A stretch of DNA of 64,000 nucleotides from the NCBI GenBank assembly GCA_964607755.1, contig CAZSMC010000018.1, forward strand, positions 82 through 64,081, in the 5' to 3' direction. Below are positions 20,832 through 29,617 of the stretch, piece by piece. This stretch comes from an uncultured Cytophagia bacterium (GTDB lineage: Bacteria > Zhuqueibacterota > Zhuqueibacteria > Residuimicrobiales > Krinioviventaceae). The position numbers were made by a program, and so were the translations under genes. Each line of letters begins with the position of its first letter. The first letter of the stretch is position 1. The notes beneath the pieces were generated by a model that was not told the origin of the DNA, did no database searches, and was given only the letters and a program-made list of their open reading frames with translations.

Positions 20832-20989
20832 TAGTGAATTTTGGTGTTTTGGTGGCAAAAAAACACAGCCACTAAAGCTCTAAAACACAAAAGAACACAA
20901 AAATATAATTTAGTGAAATTTAGTGTTTTGGTGGCAAAAAAAAACACAGCCACTAAAGCTCCAAAACCCGAAAGAACACTAAATATTTT
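20832..20989 (+). repeat. Two tandem copies of a ~79-bp direct repeat.
   Basis: Unit 1 (20832-20910) and unit 2 (20911-20989) are about 85% identical. Each unit contains the nested inverted repeat GTGTTTTGGTGGC-A7/9-CACAGCCAC...TAAAACAC. The repeat ends 11 bp before the ATG at 21001. Confidence 0.85.
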
Positions 20990-21000
20990 TAGGTTGTATT

Positions 21001-21873
21001 ATGCAAAATCCTTATAAAAGAACGGATATATTTAGCTGCAATTATGATGGGCATTCCCATTTTGATAATAAAGTTTCAGTATGGCATGTTCTGAAACAAA
21101 AGAAATGTTATCCGCAAGGCTGTTTGATGTTTCGATGGGAATGCAAGGTGAAAAACAAAGGCAAAACCTGTCCGCGAAAATTCAACTATGTCGGCAGGCT
21201 GTGCAAAGGGTGCATGCATTATCAGGACACAAAGATGCACTATCAACCCCGTTTGATGATAAGCACTGCTGAATTTGAAGAATTTCAGGAAGAATGCGAA
21301 GAATTTGACGACTGGATAGAAGAGCACAGTCACCGCGACCTTGATATCTGGTGCCATGTGAGTTCCATCAAGCCCAGATTTCACAAAAAAAATTACGGCG
21401 GGAAAAGCCATTTGCGACTTTATGGCTATCTTTTGGTTTTTAATATCGGGTTTATCGAAACTACCCGGTTTGATGATTATTTTTACGCCAATATTTCACC
21501 TCATCAGCAAGACCGCTTGCGCCTGGCCCCGGGCGATCAGTTCGAAGCCAGTGGCAGGCTCGCTCTGGACCACGGCCGTGTGCTTTTCCCAAAAATATGG
21601 GCGATCGACCGGGAGTTCCGTTCCGGTGAACAAACCTGGAACAACAGTCAGGCGCTTGTTGCCCGTGAAGCAGCAGCTCAATTCCGCTATCAACCGGAAC
21701 ATTGCATAAAGTGCAGACACGGTGCGCTGGTCGACGTGACCGAGATGAATAACGGTTATAAAAAAATACATCGCGAACTATATTGTCTGGAAGGCATCAA
21801 GGATCCGGCATCTTGCTATATCAATGCGATGGAAAAAATAAACACGTGTGAAATGGATAAACGGGAAAGGTAA
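21001..21873 (+). CDS. Cys/His-rich hypothetical protein.
   Basis: It is 290 aa with no recognisable family. It carries multiple CxxC/CxC/HxH pairs (CYPQGC, CKGC, CIKCRHG). Its stop lies 2 nt before the proS ATG, with GGAAAGG acting as the proS RBS. Confidence 0.5.
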   Translation: MQNPYKRTDIFSCNYDGHSHFDNKVSVWHVLKQKKCYPQGCLMFRWECKVKNKGKTCPRKFNYVGRLCKGCMHYQDTKMHYQPRLMISTAEFEEFQEECEEFDDWIEEHSHRDLDIWCHVSSIKPRFHKKNYGGKSHLRLYGYLLVFNIGFIETTRFDDYFYANISPHQQDRLRLAPGDQFEASGRLALDHGRVLFPKIWAIDREFRSGEQTWNNSQALVAREAAAQFRYQPEHCIKCRHGALVDVTEMNNGYKKIHRELYCLEGIKDPASCYINAMEKINTCEMDKRER

Positions 21874-21874
21874 C

Positions 21875-23305
21875 ATGGCAAAAGGGATTACAAAACGCTC
21901 GGTCGATTATTCACGCTGGTATCTGGATGTGGTTGCTGCTGCCGAACTTGCGGAACATTCGTCTGTAAAAGGGTGCATGGTGATTAAACCTCACGGTTAT
22001 GCTATTTGGGAAATTATGAAAGCGCATCTTGACCGGATGTTCAAGGAAACTGGTCACCAAAATGCCTATTTTCCACTTTTTATTCCAGAGAGTTATTTAA
22101 AGAAAGAAGCCGATCATGTCGAAGGTTTTGCTCCCGAATGCGCAGTGGTGACTCATGGCGGTGGCAAGAAACTCGAAGAACCGCTGGTCGTGCGGCCGAC
22201 GTCAGAAACGATTATCTGGTCTACATACAGAAACTGGGTGCAATCTTACCGTGATTTACCCATTCTGATTAATCAGTGGGCAAATGTTGTTCGCTGGGAG
22301 ATGCGAACGCGGCTTTTTCTGCGCACAATGGAATTTTTGTGGCAGGAGGGCCATACCGCGCACGCCACGGCAGACGAAGCGATTAAAGAGACAAAACTCA
22401 TGCTCCAGGTCTATAAGACATTTGCCGAAGACTATATGGCCCTGCCGGTTTACGATGGCGTAAAATCGCCAGCAGAACGTTTTGCCGGTGCACTTGACAC
22501 GTATTGTATCGAAGCGATGATGCAGGACAAGCGTGCCCTGCAAACCGGTACCAGCCATTATCTGGGACAGAATTTTGCAAAAGCGTTTGACGTGACATTT
22601 CAGGACGAAAATGGTGAACGACAATACGTTTACGCCACAAGCTGGGGTGTGTCTACCCGGTTGATCGGGGCACTGATTATGGCGCACAGCGATGATAACG
22701 GTCTAATTATTCCGCCCCGGCTGGCACCAATAAAAATTGTTTTTGTGCCGATCTGGAATGATGACTCGGAAATCGAATCGGTTAAAACGCGCATAGAAGA
22801 ATTAACTAAAGGATGGAAAGGCCGTATTGATTATCACATCGACGACCGCGAACAATACCGCCCCGGGTACAAGTTCAATGAATGGGAAAAAAAGGGCGTG
22901 CCGATCCGGGTCGAGCTCGGACCCAAAGATATTGCAAAGAATCAAGTCGTACTGGTACGCCGGGATACCGGTGAAAAAATGCAGGTTCCACAGGATAACC
23001 TGTTGGACCGTGCGGAAAAACTTTTGGAAGAAATTCAACAAAACATGTACAACAAGGCTAAAGACTTTCGTGACGCCAATACATTCACAGAAGATAATTA
23101 CAAGAGTTTTCAAAAACGCATCGAAGATCCGGGCGGTTTTTTCTGGGTGCACTGGTGCGGCAGTCCCGGGTGTGAAGCGCAGTTTCAAGAGACCAGCAAG
23201 GCAACTATACGTATCGTTCAAACCAATGGCATTGAGGAAAACGGTTCGTGCATTGTGTGCGAAAACTCTTCTAAAAAACGCGTGTTGGTAGGCAAGGCAT
23301 ATTAG
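21875..23305 (+). CDS. proS: Proline--tRNA ligase, archaeal/eukaryote-like type.
   Basis: The N-terminal sequence RSVDYSRWYLDVVAAAELAEHSSVKGCMVIKPHGYAIWE... is class II aaRS-like, followed by an anticodon-binding domain and a C-terminal zinc-binding domain (CGSPGCE...CIVCEN). The length is about 477 aa. Confidence 0.85.
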   Translation: MAKGITKRSVDYSRWYLDVVAAAELAEHSSVKGCMVIKPHGYAIWEIMKAHLDRMFKETGHQNAYFPLFIPESYLKKEADHVEGFAPECAVVTHGGGKKLEEPLVVRPTSETIIWSTYRNWVQSYRDLPILINQWANVVRWEMRTRLFLRTMEFLWQEGHTAHATADEAIKETKLMLQVYKTFAEDYMALPVYDGVKSPAERFAGALDTYCIEAMMQDKRALQTGTSHYLGQNFAKAFDVTFQDENGERQYVYATSWGVSTRLIGALIMAHSDDNGLIIPPRLAPIKIVFVPIWNDDSEIESVKTRIEELTKGWKGRIDYHIDDREQYRPGYKFNEWEKKGVPIRVELGPKDIAKNQVVLVRRDTGEKMQVPQDNLLDRAEKLLEEIQQNMYNKAKDFRDANTFTEDNYKSFQKRIEDPGGFFWVHWCGSPGCEAQFQETSKATIRIVQTNGIEENGSCIVCENSSKKRVLVGKAY

Positions 23306-23360
23306 CAATCAACCCGCATTCTCAATTTAAGCAAGTCTCCTTTAACAGGAGGTTAGAGTT

Positions 23361-23828
23361 ATGAAAAACAAAAAAAAAGAAATAGTTGAAATAGAAATTC
23401 CCAGCAAGGCAATCCGTGTAAAGCACGCCACATGTCCGCGTGGCCACAGCCTGATGGATGAGGAGCATCTCATCAGCGGATATCCATCAATTACGGTACA
23501 CGCTAAAGTTGATGACAAGGAAGGACTCATTCACCTTGATCCGGTTTATGGCAGCTACAAAAACGTTCCCGAATTTGAAGTGAAAGAAGGCGAATGTGTT
23601 ACCATGTTCTGTCCGGAATGTGGACTTTCACTCATTGAGAACGAAACCTGCGACAGATGCGGCGCTCCGATGTTTGTTGTCTATTTACCGCACGGCGGTG
23701 TGATTGAAGTGTGTACGCGAAACGGTTGTCAATTCCATAATTTAAAGTTCACCGAGTCTGAAGAGATGGGCAAAAAATTGTTCGAAGACACCATGCTGGA
23801 TGTTTCTTTAAAGGACTTGAATCATTGA
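23361..23828 (+). CDS. Zinc-ribbon domain hypothetical protein.
   Basis: It has two Cys pairs (CPECG...CDRCG) plus CPRGH and NGCQFH. RBS GGAGG lies upstream, and the stop overlaps the era ATG (ATGA). Confidence 0.5.
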   Translation: MKNKKKEIVEIEIPSKAIRVKHATCPRGHSLMDEEHLISGYPSITVHAKVDDKEGLIHLDPVYGSYKNVPEFEVKEGECVTMFCPECGLSLIENETCDRCGAPMFVVYLPHGGVIEVCTRNGCQFHNLKFTESEEMGKKLFEDTMLDVSLKDLNH

Positions 23829-24727
23829 GCGAAAAGAAAAAGGAATTTCGAGCAGGATTTGTGGCGGTCATTGGCCGGCCAAATGTTGGCAAGTCGACGC
23901 TGATAAACAATCTTTTGAAATTTCCATTAGCAATTACCACGCCCAAACCGCAGACCACCCGGCACCGCATTCTGGGAATTCACAGTGAGGATAACCTGCA
24001 GATCATTTTTCTGGACACTCCCGGACTTATCGACCCGCGTTATCGCATGCAAGAAGTCATGCTAAAAGCAGCCAAAAAAGCGATTAATGATGCAGATGTT
24101 AATCTGCTGCTCGCACCGCCGGCTCCGCCGATCAAACGCGATTTTCAGGTACTTGAAATGTTGTCGACAGTTAATACTCCGGTTATTCTGGCATTGAACA
24201 AAATCGACCTTGTCAAAGAGAAAAAGGATGTGCTGCCGGTCATCGATACGTATCGTCAGGCTTTTCCTTTTGCCGATATTGTTCCCATTTCAGCTCTTAA
24301 AAATGAAAACATTGATGAGCTGAAAAAATCACTCGTTACATTTATACCGTTCAGTCCTCCGTTCTATCCAAAGGATGAAATCACAGAGCATCCGGAACGA
24401 TTTTTTGTCAGTGAACTCATTCGTGAACAAATTTTCCGACAGTACGGCGAAGAAATCCCATTTTCTACCGCCGTTGTCATCGATGAGTTTATCGAACAAA
24501 CAGACCGCAAGGATGTTATCAAGGCCAGGATTGTTGTGGAGAAACAATCCCAAAAGAAAATTATTATAGGAAAAAAGGGAAACGCTATCCGCACACTCGG
24601 TCAAAACGCGCGCAAAGAAATCGAAAAATTCCTGGATCGGCCGGTTTTCCTGGAGCTGTGGGTTGCCGTACGCGAAAACTGGCGAAAAAAAGACGTGTTT
24701 CTCAAGGAATTTGGGTTGGAAAGCTAA
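23825..24727 (+). CDS. era: GTPase Era.
   Basis: It carries the G1 motif GRPNVGKSTL, DTPG, NKID and a C-terminal KH domain. The length is 300 aa. Confidence 0.9.
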   Translation: MSEKKKEFRAGFVAVIGRPNVGKSTLINNLLKFPLAITTPKPQTTRHRILGIHSEDNLQIIFLDTPGLIDPRYRMQEVMLKAAKKAINDADVNLLLAPPAPPIKRDFQVLEMLSTVNTPVILALNKIDLVKEKKDVLPVIDTYRQAFPFADIVPISALKNENIDELKKSLVTFIPFSPPFYPKDEITEHPERFFVSELIREQIFRQYGEEIPFSTAVVIDEFIEQTDRKDVIKARIVVEKQSQKKIIIGKKGNAIRTLGQNARKEIEKFLDRPVFLELWVAVRENWRKKDVFLKEFGLES

Positions 24728-24771
24728 GAATATTTTCAATGGAATTCATCACGCATTCACCGGAGGATGAT

Positions 24772-25953
24772 ATGAAAACATTAACCTGCCTTTGTTTCTG
24801 TATACTCATCATGGTCACTTTTACTTTTGCCCAGAATGTCGGCAGTGATCTTACCGAATTGGTGACTATTCAGACCGATAAAACCACCAAACGTGTGAGC
24901 AGCTACGACCGCTCAGGAGGGAACAACGACCGTTATGAGCATATCAAAAACGGCGCCACACTGGAACTCTTTAACGTCGAGGGCACCGGCATGATCAACC
25001 ATATCTGGATCACCATTGCCCCTCCGCCTGAAGAAATGAGTCGCAATGATATTATTTTGCGGATGTACTGGGACGGTAACGAGTTTCCGTCTGTAGAATC
25101 GCCTATTGGTCCGTTTTTCGGACAGGGCTGGGACGAGTCTTACAATTACGCCAGTCTGCCTCTGGCAGCCGCACCCACCGGTGGACGTGCTCTGGTGTCT
25201 TATTTTGTCATGCCTTTTGAAAACGGCGCCCGCATTGAAATTGAAAACCAGACCGGCCGCGAGATCGATGCGTTTTATTATTACATCGATTACGTTGAAA
25301 TGAACGAGTTGCCGCCCAATACCGGCCGGTTTTGCGCATGGTACAACCATGAACTCACCGGCGCATTGCCAGAGGGCGAGAACGAGTGGAATTCTTTGGG
25401 AGAGCAAGGCGTCAATCCAACTGGCAAAGACAATTATGTGATTTGCGAAACCACTGGGACCGGCCATTTTGTCGGTGTGAATTATTATGTGCACTCGCCA
25501 ACACCGATGTGGTACGGCGAAGGCGATGATATGATTTTTATCGACGGCAATACATCTCCGACGCTGCACGGCACCGGAACCGAAGATTATTTCAACACAT
25601 CCTGGTGCCCAAAATCCATTTATAGTCACCCCTTTTTTGGCTACCCACACGTCAATGACGATATAGGCTGGCTCGGTCGCACACACGTCTACAGATTCCA
25701 CATCAATGATCCGCTTTATTTCAAGGAATCCTTTAAATTTACCATTGAACACGGCCACAATAATTGTTTGACTCTTGACCTTGCCAGCGTGGCTTATTGG
25801 TATCAACAGCCGCCGTTGCAGGAATTGCCTCCCCTACCGAGCAAAGCAGAACGCGCTCCGAAAAAGCCCATTGGTTTGTGGGAAATTCATCAGTGGCGCG
25901 ATGCCTGGCGGGAAAAGAAAGCTGATGACCCTCACCTGTGGGGTAACGAATAA
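24772..25953 (+). CDS. Secreted DUF2961 (GH172-like) protein.
   Basis: A signal peptide (MKTLTCLCFCILIMVTFTFA) is followed by a region (INHIWITIAPP...ILRMYWDGNEFPSVESPIGPFFGQGWDE...) that resembles DUF2961. The start is moved to the internal Met. Confidence 0.5.
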   Translation: MKTLTCLCFCILIMVTFTFAQNVGSDLTELVTIQTDKTTKRVSSYDRSGGNNDRYEHIKNGATLELFNVEGTGMINHIWITIAPPPEEMSRNDIILRMYWDGNEFPSVESPIGPFFGQGWDESYNYASLPLAAAPTGGRALVSYFVMPFENGARIEIENQTGREIDAFYYYIDYVEMNELPPNTGRFCAWYNHELTGALPEGENEWNSLGEQGVNPTGKDNYVICETTGTGHFVGVNYYVHSPTPMWYGEGDDMIFIDGNTSPTLHGTGTEDYFNTSWCPKSIYSHPFFGYPHVNDDIGWLGRTHVYRFHINDPLYFKESFKFTIEHGHNNCLTLDLASVAYWYQQPPLQELPPLPSKAERAPKKPIGLWEIHQWRDAWREKKADDPHLWGNE

Positions 25954-26001
25954 TGCCTCACATAACCAGCGTTCAATTGTCCATTCTTTATTAGAAACCG
26001 G

Positions 26002-27651
26002 TTGTGTCGTATGTTTCGATATTGCAGCAAGAATTATATAGGTGCACTGGCGTTGTTTGTCATCATGTTCCTGTCATGTGCGCCTGTCACCTTTCGTCCA
26101 ACTCCGCCGCTCAAAAGCCCGATTGTCCGGGTTGGCCTTGTCCAGCGTGTTTCAAAAGTCACTTTTACTGCGGACAAGCCGTTTTTTGTCACTACGAAAA
26201 CTGTGGGCGAAAAATACCGGCTTGAAAAAGGCGAGTGGACCCTCCGCTCGAAATCCCAGCCCGATTACGAACCTCAACAAATATACAAAGTCCGATTAGC
26301 TCATTGCGACGGCAGGACCCGGGCTGAAAAAGTGGTCCAAAAGGCGCGCGAAAAGGGAATTCCCTGCGTTATCGAAAACACCGGCAATACGCTTCGCCTG
26401 GGTGGCCGGACGATTGCAGGTGACGCAACATTTTATGTGGACATTGATCACGAATTTCGCACTCGCCAGAAAGCAGAGCAAACCCTTGGTGCAATGAGTG
26501 GATTTAAAAATGCAACTGTCATTTCAACAGAAGCGTCGCCACACGGAATAATTACGATGACTTTTCTAAATGGCAAAACCCTGGAATTAAAAGATGCTAT
26601 TCGCTGTTCTGGTGCGCAATTCACCATCTTTAATATTCCTGTTGGGCAGGGTTATCACTGGGCACATCAGGAGTCGCGCACTTTTAACGGAGAAATCGAA
26701 TTTTATCTGGATCACCATGGTATGATGACGGTGATAAACGTGCTGCCTTTATCCGACTATCTTCTGGGAGTGTTGCCCGGGGAAATGTCGTCGACTTTTC
26801 CGCTCGAAGCTCTCAAGGCACAAGCGATTGCAGCACGAACTTATTTTTTGCATAATTTTGGCCGCAAGCACAGAAATGATCCTTTTGATGTCTGCGCTGA
26901 TGTCCATTGTCAAAGTTTTGTTGGTATCCAATCCAGTGAGAAAAATGAACAGGCAGTACGCGAGACATTGGGAGAGGGGCTCGTGTACAAAGGCGAACTG
27001 TGCAGCACGCCTTATTCTGCCATGTGTGGCGGGCATACAGAATACGCGCAAAACGTGTGGCAAAGCGACGGTGAGGATTATTTAAAAGGCGTGTATGATA
27101 TGCCAAATCCTGAACGAATTGAATCCCGGTTTGATCTGAGCATAGAAAAAAATGCCAGAAAATGGATCAAAGCCGATGCCGATGTGTTCTGCAATGTCGA
27201 ACGAAATGGCAACCCGGAATTTGCTGCCTATGCGAAAAAATATTTTCGGTGGGAAAAAAGGTTTACTTCTGTTCAACTTGAGCACAATATTAAAAAACAC
27301 ACCGGATTGGATTTCGGCTCACTACTAAATTTAATTCCCGGAACACGGGGAGTTTCGGGAAGGCTTGTCGAATTAATTGTTGTTGGAACAAAAGACACAT
27401 TTACCATCCAGCGTGAATTAAATATTCGGAAAGCACTTTCTCCCAGCACCTTGTTCAGCGCTTGCATTTATATTGATAAAATTGATGGTATTGATGGACA
27501 GCCTGAAGAATTTATCATCAAAGGTGCCGGCTGGGGACACGGCGTGGGAATGTGCCAGATCGGTGCTGCCATGATGGCCCTTCATGGATACAAAGCCAAT
27601 GATATTTTAAAGCACTATTATCAGGGCGCTGTAATCGATAAATTGTATTGA
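26002..27651 (+). CDS. SpoIID/LytB domain protein.
   Basis: It has the motif ALKAQAIAARTYFL...CADVHCQSF...SAMCGGHTE, an N-terminal lipoprotein-like signal, and the C-terminal Gly-rich motif GAGWGHGVGMCQIGA. Confidence 0.75.
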   Translation: MCRMFRYCSKNYIGALALFVIMFLSCAPVTFRPTPPLKSPIVRVGLVQRVSKVTFTADKPFFVTTKTVGEKYRLEKGEWTLRSKSQPDYEPQQIYKVRLAHCDGRTRAEKVVQKAREKGIPCVIENTGNTLRLGGRTIAGDATFYVDIDHEFRTRQKAEQTLGAMSGFKNATVISTEASPHGIITMTFLNGKTLELKDAIRCSGAQFTIFNIPVGQGYHWAHQESRTFNGEIEFYLDHHGMMTVINVLPLSDYLLGVLPGEMSSTFPLEALKAQAIAARTYFLHNFGRKHRNDPFDVCADVHCQSFVGIQSSEKNEQAVRETLGEGLVYKGELCSTPYSAMCGGHTEYAQNVWQSDGEDYLKGVYDMPNPERIESRFDLSIEKNARKWIKADADVFCNVERNGNPEFAAYAKKYFRWEKRFTSVQLEHNIKKHTGLDFGSLLNLIPGTRGVSGRLVELIVVGTKDTFTIQRELNIRKALSPSTLFSACIYIDKIDGIDGQPEEFIIKGAGWGHGVGMCQIGAAMMALHGYKANDILKHYYQGAVIDKLY

Positions 27652-27679
27652 TCCATCACAATTGTGTGTGGAGGTTTTT

Positions 27680-28345
27680 ATGAGAAGTGGATTGCTTGTT
27701 GTTATTTTATCAGGATTTCTTATGTTCAACATGTCAGATTCGCCGAGCGAATTCAAAAAACTGGATAAACGTGTACAAACTTTTTTGGATGAACAAAGAG
27801 ACGATTGGCACGACTGGAATGTACCGTACCAGGACGGTAAAATATTATACGACCTCATTATGGAACATAAATATACAAAAGCGCTTGAGATCGGCACGTC
27901 TACAGGACATTCTGCTATCTGGATGGCATGGGCGCTGAAAAAAACCGGCGGTACATTGATTACTATTGAGATTGACGAAAGACGCTATGAACTTGCACAA
28001 AAGAATTTTCGTAAAGCAGGCGTCGATGATGTGGTCGATGCCCGGCTGGCAGATGCGCATCAATTGGTCAAGGAATTGGAAGGTCCGTTTGATTTTGTTT
28101 TTTCCGACGCCGACAAAGTCTGGTACAAACGTTATTTAATGGAGCTGTATCCCAAACTTGAACCAGGCGGCTGTTTTGTCGCGCATAACGTCAGGCAAGC
28201 GTATTCCGGAATACCAGAGTTTATGGATTTTCTCAATTCCTTGCCCGACATGAAAACCCGCATCGATTCCACCACCAGTTCCGGCATGTCGGTCAGTTTC
28301 AAGAAATCGATAACAGATGAGGAAAAAGAGGAACAATCAGATTAA
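27680..28345 (+). CDS. Class I SAM-dependent O-methyltransferase (family 3, caffeoyl-CoA OMT-like) with an N-terminal hydrophobic anchor.
   Basis: It carries the SAM-binding motif LEIGTSTGHSAIWMA...ITIEID...FDFVFSDADK. RBS GGAGG lies 6 nt before the ATG at 27680. Confidence 0.7.
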   Translation: MRSGLLVVILSGFLMFNMSDSPSEFKKLDKRVQTFLDEQRDDWHDWNVPYQDGKILYDLIMEHKYTKALEIGTSTGHSAIWMAWALKKTGGTLITIEIDERRYELAQKNFRKAGVDDVVDARLADAHQLVKELEGPFDFVFSDADKVWYKRYLMELYPKLEPGGCFVAHNVRQAYSGIPEFMDFLNSLPDMKTRIDSTTSSGMSVSFKKSITDEEKEEQSD

Positions 28346-29617
28346 TTCTTTCACAATAGTGGCCAGCCTGGCCGTCAGAGCTCGTCTGGTATATTTTTCT
28401 GTTTGACTTGAATGTTGACTCGTTCGATCATTTAAAATATGCTCAAGATGTTTTGTCAGTGCCTGAGTCTCGTCATAATCGAACATGATCCCGGCATCTG
28501 TTTCACTCAGAATGGCCGCGGCATCTCCGTCAGTTGGGCCGATGCCTACAATCGGCCGGCCTGCTCCCAAATAATCAAATAATTTGCTGGTTAAAATACC
28601 TTTGCTCGATGCGCACTGCGGCACCACAAAGAAAAGCGCGCCCGCCGATTTGTATGCTGCGATAATGTGCTGGTGAGATTTGTAGCCATGCCACACCGTG
28701 TAACGCTCCAGGCCGTAATTTCGAATCGAATGTGCAATCCCGGAATGCACAGAACCATAAAAATCGAGCTGGAAACGCTGATTGAAATCTGAATGTTTCT
28801 GCAGTACATTTTGCAGAGCTTTCCATAACACGATCGGATTTTGATTCCCTGCCAGGTGTCCGGCGTGAACAAAATGGATTTTGCCATCATCGGGCAGCGG
28901 CTGTACGGGTCCGAATTCTTGCTCGTCGTAACCGTTGGCAATGACGTGATAATTGTTTTCCTCTTTATCCCGGAACGATCGGATGATGGATGGACTCACA
29001 GAAACTACTGCATCCGCGTTTTTCAAAACCGAATGTTCGAGTGATTTGTCAATTGCCAATGCCCATCTTGTACGTTTCAGAGAGTGATAATAAAACACAT
29101 CTGTCCAGGGATCGCGAAAGTCTGCGACCCAGGGGAGATGCGTTTTTTTCGCCAGGGCTTGCCCAATCAGGTGAGTGCTCATTGGCGGGCCGGTGCTGAA
29201 AATGATGTCGATTTTTTCATCCCGGATGATTTTTCGACCCTGACGAACAGCAAAAGGTTTCCAGCCGATTCTGGCATCAGGAATAAAAATATTGGCGCGC
29301 AAAAAAGCGGCGGCTTTTTGAACCAGACTCTGGTCTGTTGATTCCGTCAAAACAAACGTCGGAATGGCGGTAGATTTTTTTCCCGTTAAATTTCGGTAAA
29401 GTGCAAAAGGCTCGAGAGAAGCCGTTTTGTAGACAGGGAGCGAGGACGGCACTTCGTTCATCAGCGATTCATCTGTTGCGGGATATTCACCATGTGCCAC
29501 AGTTAAAATCACCGGACGACAACCAAACTCGGGCAAGTACTTTGCGAATTTCAACACCCGCTGTATGCCCGGACCGCCTGCTGGTGGCCAGTAATAAGTA
29601 ATTATCAAAATATTCAT
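28337..29617 (-). CDS. GT4 family glycosyltransferase.
   Basis: The N-terminus MNILIITYYWPPAGGPGIQRV and the C-terminal GT-B nucleotide-binding half are GT4-like. The stop overlaps the upstream asnB-like gene. Confidence 0.7.
   Translation of the reverse strand: MNILIITYYWPPAGGPGIQRVLKFAKYLPEFGCRPVILTVAHGEYPATDESLMNEVPSSLPVYKTASLEPFALYRNLTGKKSTAIPTFVLTESTDQSLVQKAAAFLRANIFIPDARIGWKPFAVRQGRKIIRDEKIDIIFSTGPPMSTHLIGQALAKKTHLPWVADFRDPWTDVFYYHSLKRTRWALAIDKSLEHSVLKNADAVVSVSPSIIRSFRDKEENNYHVIANGYDEQEFGPVQPLPDDGKIHFVHAGHLAGNQNPIVLWKALQNVLQKHSDFNQRFQLDFYGSVHSGIAHSIRNYGLERYTVWHGYKSHQHIIAAYKSAGALFFVVPQCASSKGILTSKLFDYLGAGRPIVGIGPTDGDAAAILSETDAGIMFDYDETQALTKHLEHILNDRTSQHSSQTEKYTRRALTARLATIVKELI

Noticed and set aside
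20832-20989. Considered a CRISPR array or a sigma-54 promoter in the tandem 79-bp repeats (TGGCA...GC).
   Set aside because: There are only two units and no spacer-like unique segments. The GG-to-GC spacing does not fit the -24/-12 consensus, and no cas genes are nearby.
24658-24771. Upstream extension of the DUF2961 ORF (from 24658), which overlaps the era 3' end.
   Set aside because: The extension encodes no signal peptide, whereas the internal Met at 24772 begins a classic signal sequence. The overlap with era is therefore an ORF-calling artefact.
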